Virus record (IMG/VR): IMGVR_UViG_3300026116_000052
Span: 1 to 49,335 of that record
Reading direction: 5' to 3' (one strand)
DNA: 49,335 nucleotides
Source of the DNA: a virus
Positions 1 to 7,625 of this stretch are shown in pieces. The translations under genes and the position numbers were made by a program. The notes beneath the pieces were generated by a model, which was not told where the DNA came from, searched no databases, and saw nothing but the letters and a program-made list of their open reading frames with translations. Each line of letters starts with the position of its first letter. Positions within the stretch are counted from its first letter, which is position 1.

Positions 1-99
1 CAGGTGCTCAGCCTGCCCAACACCCAACTCTACCAGGACAAGGACGAGGAAGGCTGGGTTCGTCTTCCCTTCTCTGTCGAATCCGGCAGCAACTCGTCC
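1..99. repeat. 99-bp exact duplicate of window end (49237-49335); circular-contig closure overlap
   Basis: Bases 1-99 read identical to 49237-49335. The overlap lies inside an uninterrupted ORF, so it looks like an assembly closure overlap rather than a biological terminal repeat. Confidence 0.9.
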
Positions 100-360
100 A
101 TCGTCGACGTGATGTGGATCAACATCGTCTCGGTCGACTTCGGTGAAGGTGGCAACACCGAGTACAAGCTCTGGTTCGGCAACGACTCGGGTGACTTCAT
201 CGGCGCGGGCGACGGTTCCGACCTGGCAGAGGACAAGATCCTGGGCACCGACTTCCGTCAGTTCGTGCTCAAGTCGGGAACGCGCTTCGTTACCCTCACG
301 TACCGGAACAACGGTTCGGCACGTGCCAGCATCTCCCTCCCGTTCCGCGGGAAGGCGTAA
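1..360 (+). CDS. Endolysin, C-terminal part (putative cell-wall-binding region); 5' part is at 48685-49236
   Basis: The reading frame continues without a stop from ATG 48685 across the 99-bp overlap into frame 1 of the window. Stop TAA is at 358-360. The joined gene is 912 nt (303 aa). Confidence 0.75.
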   Translation, partial: QVLSLPNTQLYQDKDEEGWVRLPFSVESGSNSSIVDVMWINIVSVDFGEGGNTEYKLWFGNDSGDFIGAGDGSDLAEDKILGTDFRQFVLKSGTRFVTLTYRNNGSARASISLPFRGKA

Positions 361-370
361 GGAGAAAGAA

Positions 371-730
371 ATGACCGTCGGCAAACCCATCGTCACGTTC
401 TTCGTGGCGTTCATCATGGCCGTCATCGGCTTCTGGGATGACCACTACATCAGCGCCCTCGAGTGGACCAACGCTGGTCTGGTGTTCATCTCCCTGTTCG
501 GTGTCTACTTGGTACCGAACCTCACGGGAGGTGCTGCGAAGTACGCCAAGCTTGGCGTCGCAGCCTTCGGTGCAGCCGGCACCTTGCTCGTTACCTTGCT
601 CGCGGACGGCGTGACCACCGCGGAATGGATCCAGGTCATCGTGGCCTTCTTGGGTGCATTGGGGGTGGTCCCGCCGAAGGCGCCGCAGTACCTGCTGTCG
701 TCCGGGACTCTGAAACGCGCGATCACGTAA
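371..730 (+). CDS. Holin-like membrane protein (about 4 predicted TM segments)
   Basis: ATG 371 is preceded by AAGGAGAAAG and lies directly downstream of the endolysin. There are four hydrophobic stretches (IVTFFVAFIMAVIGFW, GLVFISLFGVYLV, LGVAAFGAAGTLLVTLLA, WIQVIVAFLGALGVV). Confidence 0.45.
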   Translation: MTVGKPIVTFFVAFIMAVIGFWDDHYISALEWTNAGLVFISLFGVYLVPNLTGGAAKYAKLGVAAFGAAGTLLVTLLADGVTTAEWIQVIVAFLGALGVVPPKAPQYLLSSGTLKRAIT

Positions 731-774
731 TTCTATCCCCGCAATCACCACAAGCGCCCCTCCTCGGGGCATAA

Positions 775-828
775 GGAAGCCCGCCACCTTGCGCTGCGGG
801 GCGCGTATCCTCCGGGTGGCGGGCTTCC
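775..828. terminator. Bidirectional hairpin terminator between the convergent arms
   Basis: Perfect 14-bp inverted repeat GGAAGCCCGCCACC (775-788) / GGTGGCGGGCTTCC (815-828). It sits between the stop at 730 (+) and the stop at 836 (-). Confidence 0.7.
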
Positions 829-835
829 GTCTGTG

Positions 836-1360
836 TTACTTCAGGCGGTTCAGAAGCTCTCGATGGCCCATCTTGAACGTCCGGTAGTGCAGAAGGTGCG
901 CGGTGGCGTCGTTGATGTGCATGCTACCAGGTCGATACAGCCCGATCTTCTTCAACTTGTCGGGGTTCTTCTGCTTGAACCAGAACCCCTTCCCCTCGGA
1001 AGCCGTCTGAAACACCACACGCTGCGTTCCACCTGACTGTTCCAGAGCGAGCATCCTCTGCATCTGGAACAGCTTCAGGACTCCGATGTACTCCTTAGAG
1101 TCCAGCACGATGTTATCACGCTGGGAATCACGAGGGTTGCGACGGTACTCGAACGATTCACATACGATGATATAGTTCGTCGTTTGAAATCGACCGAGCA
1201 TGTCGAAGAGGACGTCGTGGTGGGCCACAGGACCGAGTTCACCCTGGTGCCACTTCTCATCGAACCATTCCTCGCCGCCGTCGGGGTTGAGGATCAGGTT
1301 TGCCCGCCACAACGCGTAGCCAGTCGTTCCTCCCGGGTCGAGAGCCAGGATACTCGTCAC
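836..1360 (-). CDS. RuvC-like Holliday junction resolvase
   Basis: N-terminal ILALDPGGTTGYALW matches the RuvC-type first catalytic Asp motif, and the about 174-aa size is typical. GTG 1360 was chosen as start; TTG 1378 is an alternative. The longer ORF-track N-terminus is R/S/P-rich and looks off-frame. Confidence 0.65.
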   Translation of the reverse strand: MTSILALDPGGTTGYALWRANLILNPDGGEEWFDEKWHQGELGPVAHHDVLFDMLGRFQTTNYIIVCESFEYRRNPRDSQRDNIVLDSKEYIGVLKLFQMQRMLALEQSGGTQRVVFQTASEGKGFWFKQKNPDKLKKIGLYRPGSMHINDATAHLLHYRTFKMGHRELLNRLK

Positions 1361-1649
1361 GCCGCTGCGTAGGACCAATGAGTTCAAGGTTTGCCCCTTC
1401 CACTTCGCCTCCGAGGATTCGGAAGGCTTTGACGCAGACGATGAAGTTGGAGTAGTCGGCTCGTTCGGTCCACCCCTCGCTGAGGTAGATCTTATCCGTA
1501 CGCGGATCGATCCTCTGAGCCGTCTCAGCACGGTGCATGTACTGCATCGCCTGCTCCCCAGTCACAGGGTGTCGACCATCGCCACGCAAGTTGACTGCGT
1601 GGCACAGATGAGTGAACCTCACCATATTTAACGCCACCACATAGATCAC
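1257..1649 (-). CDS. Hypothetical protein; its 3' end overlaps the RuvC-like gene by about 100 nt
   Basis: GTG 1649 lies 10 nt after GAAAGGAG. The first about 95 codons look protein-like (MQYMHRAETAQRIDPRTDKIYLSEGW...). The tail after about 1370 is R/P/G-rich. Confidence 0.4.
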   Translation of the reverse strand: MIYVVALNMVRFTHLCHAVNLRGDGRHPVTGEQAMQYMHRAETAQRIDPRTDKIYLSEGWTERADYSNFIVCVKAFRILGGEVEGANLELIGPTQRRDEYPGSRPGRNDWLRVVAGKPDPQPRRRRGMVR

Positions 1650-1780
1650 GGCGTGTGGTCTCCTTTCGGCTCTCACCGGTGCTGACGGATATAGTTTGTG
1701 CGAAGAGACTCTAGTTAGACTAGCGAGGATCTTGCCCCTACTCCTTATACGTGGGGCTATGACTAAATTAGTCTACGTTG

Positions 1781-1812
1781 AGTCTAGATAGGTTAGACAC
1801 GTTATAGACTTA
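1781..1812. repeat. Copy A of a conserved about 29-bp intergenic repeat (TCTAGATrGGTTAGACnCnTTATAGACT)
   Basis: 26/29 identity between 1782-1810 and 40563-40591, in the same orientation, read directly. Confidence 0.8.
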
Positions 1813-2157
1813 GGAGCTACCCACGTTGAGTTTCTCGTTCTCGAACGTGGCGATCTGCTCCAGAGTCTCCTGTTCCATCGCCTGGTATTCCCGAATCTTG
1901 TCCTGAATGGAAGCGAGCTTCTGCTTCAGCTTCTTCAGGTCGGTCTTGACTTCCGCCAGCTCGAGGTTGTCGATCCGAATGTCACGCTTGTTGCGGTTCT
2001 TGAACACCACACGCTCGGTGCCAAGAAGCGGACGACCCAGCTTCTCCTCCATCAGCATCCGGTGGGTCAGGATCCACCCCCGAGCCGTCTTCGTGTAGTG
2101 GTAGCCATTTGCGCTCCACCGCTCGTCGCCGACTGCTGCTGCAGCTCCTCGGGCCAT
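1810..2157 (-). CDS. HNH-family-like protein with degenerate catalytic motif and C-terminal coiled coil
   Basis: The layout NGYHY...HRMLMEEKLGRPL...VVFKNRNKRDIRIDNLEL resembles HNH_3 endonucleases, but the canonical His residues of the HH/HxN core are replaced (VF). The tail is heptad-like and K/E/Q-rich. Confidence 0.5.
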   Translation of the reverse strand: MARGAAAAVGDERWSANGYHYTKTARGWILTHRMLMEEKLGRPLLGTERVVFKNRNKRDIRIDNLELAEVKTDLKKLKQKLASIQDKIREYQAMEQETLEQIATFENEKLNVGSS

Positions 2158-4541
2158 TACAGTTCACCCCATCGGGTTCCGTAGGTGACGTCCACTTCGA
2201 AGGGGACGTAGGTCGTGTACTTGGCAGCCTCTTCGAGCATGACCTGCCTGACAAGCTGGGCCACCATCTCCTTGTCTTCTTCCTTGCACTCCCACACGAG
2301 GGCGTCGTGAATGAGAAGGCGGAAGAAAGCGATGCCGCGGAGCATCGGACGGAGACGGACGAAGGCGCTGAGGCAGATGTCAGAGGCGGTACTCTGTGGC
2401 TTGAACGACAATCCTTCCTTCAGGACGTCGTCACGGTTCTCGTTCGTGATAAGCATGAAGCGCCGAGAACGTCCGAAGGCTGTGACGAGATCCTTACCAT
2501 CGAGGATCTGCTGCTGTGTCTCCTGCTGCCAGGCAACAGTTGCGGGGATGAGACTCTTGAAGATGCGGACGCCCTCTTCGGCTTCGTGCACAGGGATCTC
2601 GTACTCACGAGCGATCGAGTAGTGAGTACGGCCGTAGCCCAGTCCGTAGAAGTACGCTTTCACACGAATGCGTTCTTCCTTGTCAAACGGCGCTTCGTGG
2701 TGGTAGATGTCCCTGCCGAGCTCGTCGAACAGGTCTCGGTCGGGGTCGCAGAAGATCCTCTGCAGGTACTCGTCTTTAGCCTCCGTGCAGATTACGCGCC
2801 CTTCTGCCTGTTTGAAGTCGGCTTGACCGAGAACGTTCCCTTCTCTTGTGACTGTGAACTGGTTGCGGATTCGCTTGTCACGGACAACATTCTGAAGGTT
2901 AGGGTTTCGGCTCGCCAGCCTTCCACTTGTAGTTCCATGCAGTAGGTACGTCGTGTAAACCCGTCCTCGATAAGTACGGCTACGAAGTCCCTTGATGAAT
3001 GTACCGTGGCGCTTAGTCTTGTATCGATGATCGAGGAGGAGCGTGAGAAACTGACCGACTTGAGACGTCGGCGCAAACTTCGGTTGAAGCCTTTCCAGCG
3101 TGTCCTTACTTGTATCCTTGACCCTAATCTTCTTATCACTGAGGAACTCCCTTACCTGCTTGGGGCTCCGAGGGTTGATACCTCCACCCCGTACGTCGTA
3201 GTCCTTGTCAACAACTGCGTCGATCTTCTCTTCCAGCTCCGACAGCTCGCCGGTGTACTCTACCGACAGGTCCAGGCTGTACTTCTTGTCGAAGGCAACA
3301 CCGTTCAGTTCGACGAACTTCAACTGGTTGCCAGCCCGAACAAGGAAGTCGTGAAGCCCTCGGAGGGTCTTGAAGCCCTCCATGGCTTTGTCAGGATCAC
3401 TTACAGGAGCGTCGAGTTCCTTCTCGAAGAGCTCCCACAGGTCCCAGGTGACTGCATCGTCGTAGGCGTTGTACTTGTAGAGGATCGGTCGAGGAATGTT
3501 CGCGTAGTTCTTGTTCTCCCCCAGGTACGGTGCGATCTCGTCCTTCCAGCTAGGCGCCCCCAGAAGCTCCACACCCAGTGTCTCGAGGTCGTGTCCTCCT
3601 CGACGTTCGTCGGTGACGTAGTGAGCCAGCATCGTGTCGCCGTGGACGTCGACGTTGCCGATAAGAGGGTACAGTCCCTCACAGTCGAACTTGCCGTTCT
3701 GTGCGATAAGAAACTTGGAAGCGAAGAGTTGCTTCAGGGCATCCAGTACCAGCTTCGACTGGCAAGCGTTTTCCCCGAAGACAACCACCTTGCCTTTGGC
3801 GTAGCAGATGCCGATGCAGAGCATCTGGTAGTGGTTCGGGTGAACGAACTCCTTGTCCTTGTCGATGCCGGTCTCGATGTCGATGACTAGCTTCGGAAAA
3901 GCTTCCCCCATAAGCTGCGCAATGACGTGGAGAGCGCCCTCCTCATCATCAACGGTTCGCCATTCAGGCGGAGTCCAGGTGGTGGGGGGCAGTTTAATTT
4001 TGCCGACGTCGAGGAGAAGATCCTTGAACGCGTCTCCATTCCGAAGGCAGTACGCGGGGTGGACAGTAGGAACGATCTCGACGTCTGTCCTGTATGCTCG
4101 GCGGCGCGGACCAACACGCGTTGCCAGAATACCCTTTTTGGTTCCCAGTAGATACTGGCTTGGAGTGTTCCCAAGCGACAGAACAACATCAACTCCGGCG
4201 CCCTCGATTTCACGGACCAGTCGCTTACCGCAGGCAGCGATGGCAGTAGGCGAAGGCGTCGCGTTCGATTTCGGTCGGCAGAGGCAGGCATTGGTGAGGT
4301 ACACCTCGTTTGGGTCGATCTGGTGATGATCCAGAACGACCTTCAGGAGGCGACCAGAGGGCCCGATGAAGGGTTCTCCCTTAGCCGCCTCCTGAAGGCC
4401 GGGCGCTTCACCGACTGCCATGATCTTCGGCATGCCCAGGTTCACCGGAACCTTCGACGGAACGAAGACCCCATCCTCGTAGAGGTCGCAGTTCTCACAC
4501 TCGGCGTCCGGGTGCTTACGAACGACAGTCGGCTCAGTCAT
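2157..4541 (-). CDS. Family A DNA polymerase with 3'-5' exonuclease and an N-terminal family-4 uracil-DNA-glycosylase-like domain
   Basis: UDG4 motifs: GEAPG, HPAY, and Cys ligands CENC / CLC / C. ExoI motif: LVIDIETG. Pol motif A: DFKQAEGRV. Motif B: RVKAYFYGLGYG. Motif C: LIHDAL. Confidence 0.85.
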   Translation of the reverse strand: MTEPTVVRKHPDAECENCDLYEDGVFVPSKVPVNLGMPKIMAVGEAPGLQEAAKGEPFIGPSGRLLKVVLDHHQIDPNEVYLTNACLCRPKSNATPSPTAIAACGKRLVREIEGAGVDVVLSLGNTPSQYLLGTKKGILATRVGPRRRAYRTDVEIVPTVHPAYCLRNGDAFKDLLLDVGKIKLPPTTWTPPEWRTVDDEEGALHVIAQLMGEAFPKLVIDIETGIDKDKEFVHPNHYQMLCIGICYAKGKVVVFGENACQSKLVLDALKQLFASKFLIAQNGKFDCEGLYPLIGNVDVHGDTMLAHYVTDERRGGHDLETLGVELLGAPSWKDEIAPYLGENKNYANIPRPILYKYNAYDDAVTWDLWELFEKELDAPVSDPDKAMEGFKTLRGLHDFLVRAGNQLKFVELNGVAFDKKYSLDLSVEYTGELSELEEKIDAVVDKDYDVRGGGINPRSPKQVREFLSDKKIRVKDTSKDTLERLQPKFAPTSQVGQFLTLLLDHRYKTKRHGTFIKGLRSRTYRGRVYTTYLLHGTTSGRLASRNPNLQNVVRDKRIRNQFTVTREGNVLGQADFKQAEGRVICTEAKDEYLQRIFCDPDRDLFDELGRDIYHHEAPFDKEERIRVKAYFYGLGYGRTHYSIAREYEIPVHEAEEGVRIFKSLIPATVAWQQETQQQILDGKDLVTAFGRSRRFMLITNENRDDVLKEGLSFKPQSTASDICLSAFVRLRPMLRGIAFFRLLIHDALVWECKEEDKEMVAQLVRQVMLEEAAKYTTYVPFEVDVTYGTRWGEL

Positions 4542-4628
4542 CTAAACTCCGTAGTAATGGTAAAGCAGTCCCGTGGAGACGAACACGAACAATGACAGCA
4601 GGGCTACGAGAACCCTAGCCGCGGTCAC
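4542..4628 (-). CDS. Micro-ORF, 28-aa single-pass membrane peptide
   Basis: GTG 4628 follows GAAGGAG. The peptide is MTAARVLVALLSLFVFVSTGLLYHYYGV. Its TAG abuts the polymerase ATG. It is too short for the ORF track. Confidence 0.3.
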   Translation of the reverse strand: MTAARVLVALLSLFVFVSTGLLYHYYGV

Positions 4629-5403
4629 CCCTGACCCACTCCTTCACGGCGACGATGTTCTGCCAGGTCTGGTTGCTCTTGGTCGTCGGGATCTTCGTCC
4701 CGAAGTAGTGTTCGACCCTGTCCACCTCCGTGATGTCGTTACTCAGCGTGATGCCCTGGATGCTGGCGTGGAAGGGCATCGAGGTGTCCACGCCTCGAAC
4801 GTTCAGCTGACGGAAGTGCCGGCCGTAGCCGCTGAGCTCGTCGGCCACCTTCGGGTTCGTACCGAGCAGGTGGATGTCGATCGGTTCCTCGCCGGGACCT
4901 TCGGTGGAGCGGATGTAGTAGGCCACCTCCACACGAGCACGTTCACTCGACAGCGTCGTCAACAGATGCCGAGGGATGCCCAGGCAGGTGACGAACGGCG
5001 TCTCGTTCCGGTAGAAGTGGATCATCGCCTTGATCTCGTCCAGGGTCTGGCCCTGCAGGACACCCATGAAGTTGAACGTTTGGGTGTCGACGAAGGGTAA
5101 GGCCTCCATGACGAGCTTCTTGGTACCCTCCATGTCACCCATCACGTCGGGCAGGACGATCTCGTGTGCGGAGATCTCGTAGGCACGGTCCTGGACTTCC
5201 TGGGAGCCGAGCGTCTTGACCAGAGGGTCCATCTCGGCCTCGGCGACACCGTTGTCCAGGATGATGTAGTCGCCACGCTTGTGCGCCGTCTTGAAGGCCT
5301 TGACCGAGCCTTCGTGGCTCCAGTGGATGGGCAGAGCCATCTGGTAGCCAGTGTGACGGATGGCGTTGATGTGCCTGAAGGGTGGGATGAGTGCGAGTTT
5401 CAC
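4615..5403 (-). CDS. dpdA: DpdA-like DNA-guanine transglycosylase (tRNA-guanine transglycosylase fold)
   Basis: 262 aa with an N-terminal layout (MKLALIPP..., ILDNGVAE, LLGTNP, RGVDTSMPF) that resembles phage DpdA/TGT-like proteins as I recall them. It sits in the same coupled operon as folE/queD/queE/queC. Confidence 0.65.
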   Translation of the reverse strand: MKLALIPPFRHINAIRHTGYQMALPIHWSHEGSVKAFKTAHKRGDYIILDNGVAEAEMDPLVKTLGSQEVQDRAYEISAHEIVLPDVMGDMEGTKKLVMEALPFVDTQTFNFMGVLQGQTLDEIKAMIHFYRNETPFVTCLGIPRHLLTTLSSERARVEVAYYIRSTEGPGEEPIDIHLLGTNPKVADELSGYGRHFRQLNVRGVDTSMPFHASIQGITLSNDITEVDRVEHYFGTKIPTTKSNQTWQNIVAVKEWVRGDRG

Positions 5404-5582
5404 CGGCAGACCTCTCCGAGGCCGAAGGGGTGGATGACTCCGAAGGCCGTCAGTAGGACGAGTGACACCAGACTGACGAAGAAGAGCAGGATGATGATCA
5501 TGCAGCCGAGGGTGAGTCGGTTGACCGCCTTCTCCTTGTACTCGTCCTTCGGCTCATCCGGCGTCGGGGCTTCCCTGTTCAC
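5400..5582 (-). CDS. Small membrane protein
   Basis: Acidic N-terminus followed by one long hydrophobic segment (LGCMIIILLFFVSLVSLVLLTAFGVI). Its stop overlaps the dpdA ATG (ATGA). Confidence 0.45.
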   Translation of the reverse strand: MNREAPTPDEPKDEYKEKAVNRLTLGCMIIILLFFVSLVSLVLLTAFGVIHPFGLGEVCR

Positions 5583-5835
5583 GTGCCACCTCCTCTGCCT
5601 GGATACGATCCTGCAGCAGACGGACCTTGACGTAGGTGTAGCGGGCGTAGTTGGCGAGATCGATGATTTCCATCAGAGCCTCGTCCATCGTGTCGACGTT
5701 GAGGAACTTGCCGGGCCCGTACTTCTTCTCGCCCATGTCGTGACGCTCCTGGCACAGAGCGTCGAACTCTTCGGAGAAGTTCGCGACCTTCTCAGCGAGG
5801 GTCTCGTGTTCCGGTTCGAGGTTGAATTCCGGCAT
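5554..5835 (-). CDS. Hypothetical small helical protein, possibly related to all-alpha NTP pyrophosphohydrolases
   Basis: GEKKYGPGKF...EALMEIIDLANYARY recalls the KYG...NW / helical layout of MazG-related phage dNTP diphosphohydrolase domains. It has an ATGA overlap with the upstream MazG-like gene. Confidence 0.45.
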   Translation of the reverse strand: MPEFNLEPEHETLAEKVANFSEEFDALCQERHDMGEKKYGPGKFLNVDTMDEALMEIIDLANYARYTYVKVRLLQDRIQAEEVAREQGSPDAG

Positions 5836-6206
5836 CAGCTCACCTTCTTCTCGAAGCGTGCGATGTTCTTGTTTCGCTTCGCCATGTACTGCGCCAGGAG
5901 ATCGATGCCGAGGATGCCGGCGAGGTTGAGGACGTAGATGAACACGTCCGTGAGCTCCTCGGCCAGGTCGTGCTGGGTGATCTCCGCCGCGAAGTCGAGC
6001 GAACCACGGTCGATCTTCTTGACGATGTTCGCGACCTCACCCGCTTCGCCGCACAGCGAGAGGGTGTGATGCATGAGGGCCTTGATCTGATCGGCCTGTT
6101 CGGGCGAGTCGATCGGGATGGCCGTCGGGAACCACCGCTTGCTGTCGTGTACGCACTGCCTTTGGAGCTGGTTCAGCAGGTGTGCGGGCACCTGTTCTTT
6201 AGCCAT
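5835..6206 (-). CDS. MazG-like nucleoside triphosphate pyrophosphohydrolase
   Basis: 123 aa. GEAGEVANIVKK and EELTDVFIYVLNLAG match the EEXXE/D-type MazG helices. Confidence 0.65.
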   Translation of the reverse strand: MAKEQVPAHLLNQLQRQCVHDSKRWFPTAIPIDSPEQADQIKALMHHTLSLCGEAGEVANIVKKIDRGSLDFAAEITQHDLAEELTDVFIYVLNLAGILGIDLLAQYMAKRNKNIARFEKKVS

Positions 6207-6945
6207 GCTTGCGCTTCCCTTCGATCAACTGCATGAACTCGGCCTTTGCAGTGCGCGTGTGGTCTCCGAACACGCCACGCATCGAGGACGTCGTCGTAAC
6301 GACCCCCGGCATCTCCACACCCCGCATCGCCATGCAGAGGTGTTCTCCTTCGAGGATGACTGCGACACCTCGGGGATTGAGACGACTTTGGAGCTCTGCG
6401 GCGATGAAGCTCGTCAGCTCCTCCTGCACCCACAGACCCTTCGCCGCCCACTTGACGAGGCGGCCGAACTTGCTCAGGCCGGCGATCAGTTCGTTGGGTA
6501 CGTAGCCGATGAAGGCCTGGCCGTAGAACGGGATCACGTGATGGGCACAGAGCGTGTAGAACGGAATCGGACCGAGGATGATCATCTCGTCCGACGTCGC
6601 CTCGAACGTCGTGAACTTGAACTCTTCACGCTGCGTGAGGTCCCGGATCTGCTGGGCGTACCTGAGTGGGGTCTCCCTCATGTGTCCCTGGTCACGCCAG
6701 CCCTTGGCGACGATGTCCAGGATCTGACCGGCGTGGTGGGCGAGGAGGTCGAGCTTGTCGATCGGGTCCTCTTCGTAGGAGCCGCCCATCGGGTAGGGAT
6801 CCTGGTACAGTGGGAACTGTTCCTTGACACTGTCCTGGGCGATACCCTTGGTCTCGGGATCGAACAATGTTCCCTGCCTCTCGATCTTGTCCAGTGGGTG
6901 GCTACCGTGCCGCAGCTGACCATGCGGCGGTCCGACGAACTCCAT
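6199..6945 (-). CDS. folE: GTP cyclohydrolase I with an about 70-aa N-terminal extension
   Basis: Motifs LCAHHVIPF and EHLCMAMRGV. ATGA overlap with the queE stop. Confidence 0.85.
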   Translation of the reverse strand: MEFVGPPHGQLRHGSHPLDKIERQGTLFDPETKGIAQDSVKEQFPLYQDPYPMGGSYEEDPIDKLDLLAHHAGQILDIVAKGWRDQGHMRETPLRYAQQIRDLTQREEFKFTTFEATSDEMIILGPIPFYTLCAHHVIPFYGQAFIGYVPNELIAGLSKFGRLVKWAAKGLWVQEELTSFIAAELQSRLNPRGVAVILEGEHLCMAMRGVEMPGVVTTTSSMRGVFGDHTRTAKAEFMQLIEGKRKHG

Positions 6946-7625
6946 CAGATGCCCCTCTTGTCGCGGTCCCAGATGTAGTTGTGCACCTGGACGTTGAGCT
7001 TCCAGTCCAGGCGATTCGTCATGACCCAGTCGACCAGTTCCGCCGTCTCGAGCTTTCCCCAGGCGACACCGTAGTACACCTGCACAGGAGAACCTGGGTG
7101 GAAGATGTGCTCGTTCCAGAGCTCGATAGCCTCGTCGAAGTCCTTCACGTTAGCGATGACGAACTTGATCGCATCCTTCTGCTTCAGGAGGCGGATGTTG
7201 CCGATCCTGTTCGGGTTGTACGGATCCTCGCCTGAGCCCTGAAGCTTCCAGTCCATGATCACTCGTACGCGTTCGTTTCCGACCCAGCCAGGGAAGCGTA
7301 GAGTCCCATTGGTGAAGACCTCGACCGTGTAGCCCTCGCGCAACAGGAGCTGGAAGAGTTCACGAGTCTCTTCGTCCGGCTGCAGGAAGGGCTCACCTCC
7401 GGTAAACACCACACGCCGCGGGTAGGGCTGGACGAGATCCATGATCTGCTGGGGCTGGAGATTCTTCCACTCGTGCCGGTACTTCTCCGGGTCGATGGCG
7501 TGCTGCGTGTCACAGGGCCATCCCGGGCAACGCAAGTTGCACCCTGCGAACCGAATGAACTGCGTCATGCTTCCAGCGCCAGGGCCTTCACCCTGCACGC
7601 TGGTGTAGATCTCGGACAGCCTCAC
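6945..7625 (-). CDS. queE: 7-carboxy-7-deazaguanine synthase (radical SAM)
   Basis: SVQGEGP, the CNLRCPGWPCD cluster and GGEP. Start was chosen at the GTG in a GTGA overlap with the queD stop, after AAGGAGG. Confidence 0.8.
   Translation of the reverse strand: MRLSEIYTSVQGEGPGAGSMTQFIRFAGCNLRCPGWPCDTQHAIDPEKYRHEWKNLQPQQIMDLVQPYPRRVVFTGGEPFLQPDEETRELFQLLLREGYTVEVFTNGTLRFPGWVGNERVRVIMDWKLQGSGEDPYNPNRIGNIRLLKQKDAIKFVIANVKDFDEAIELWNEHIFHPGSPVQVYYGVAWGKLETAELVDWVMTNRLDWKLNVQVHNYIWDRDKRGI

Noticed and set aside
1-99. The 99-bp terminal duplication as a biological direct terminal repeat
   Set aside because: It lies inside a continuous coding frame (the endolysin). Its length fits an assembler k-mer overlap. 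True DTRs are normally intergenic and next to the terminase genes.
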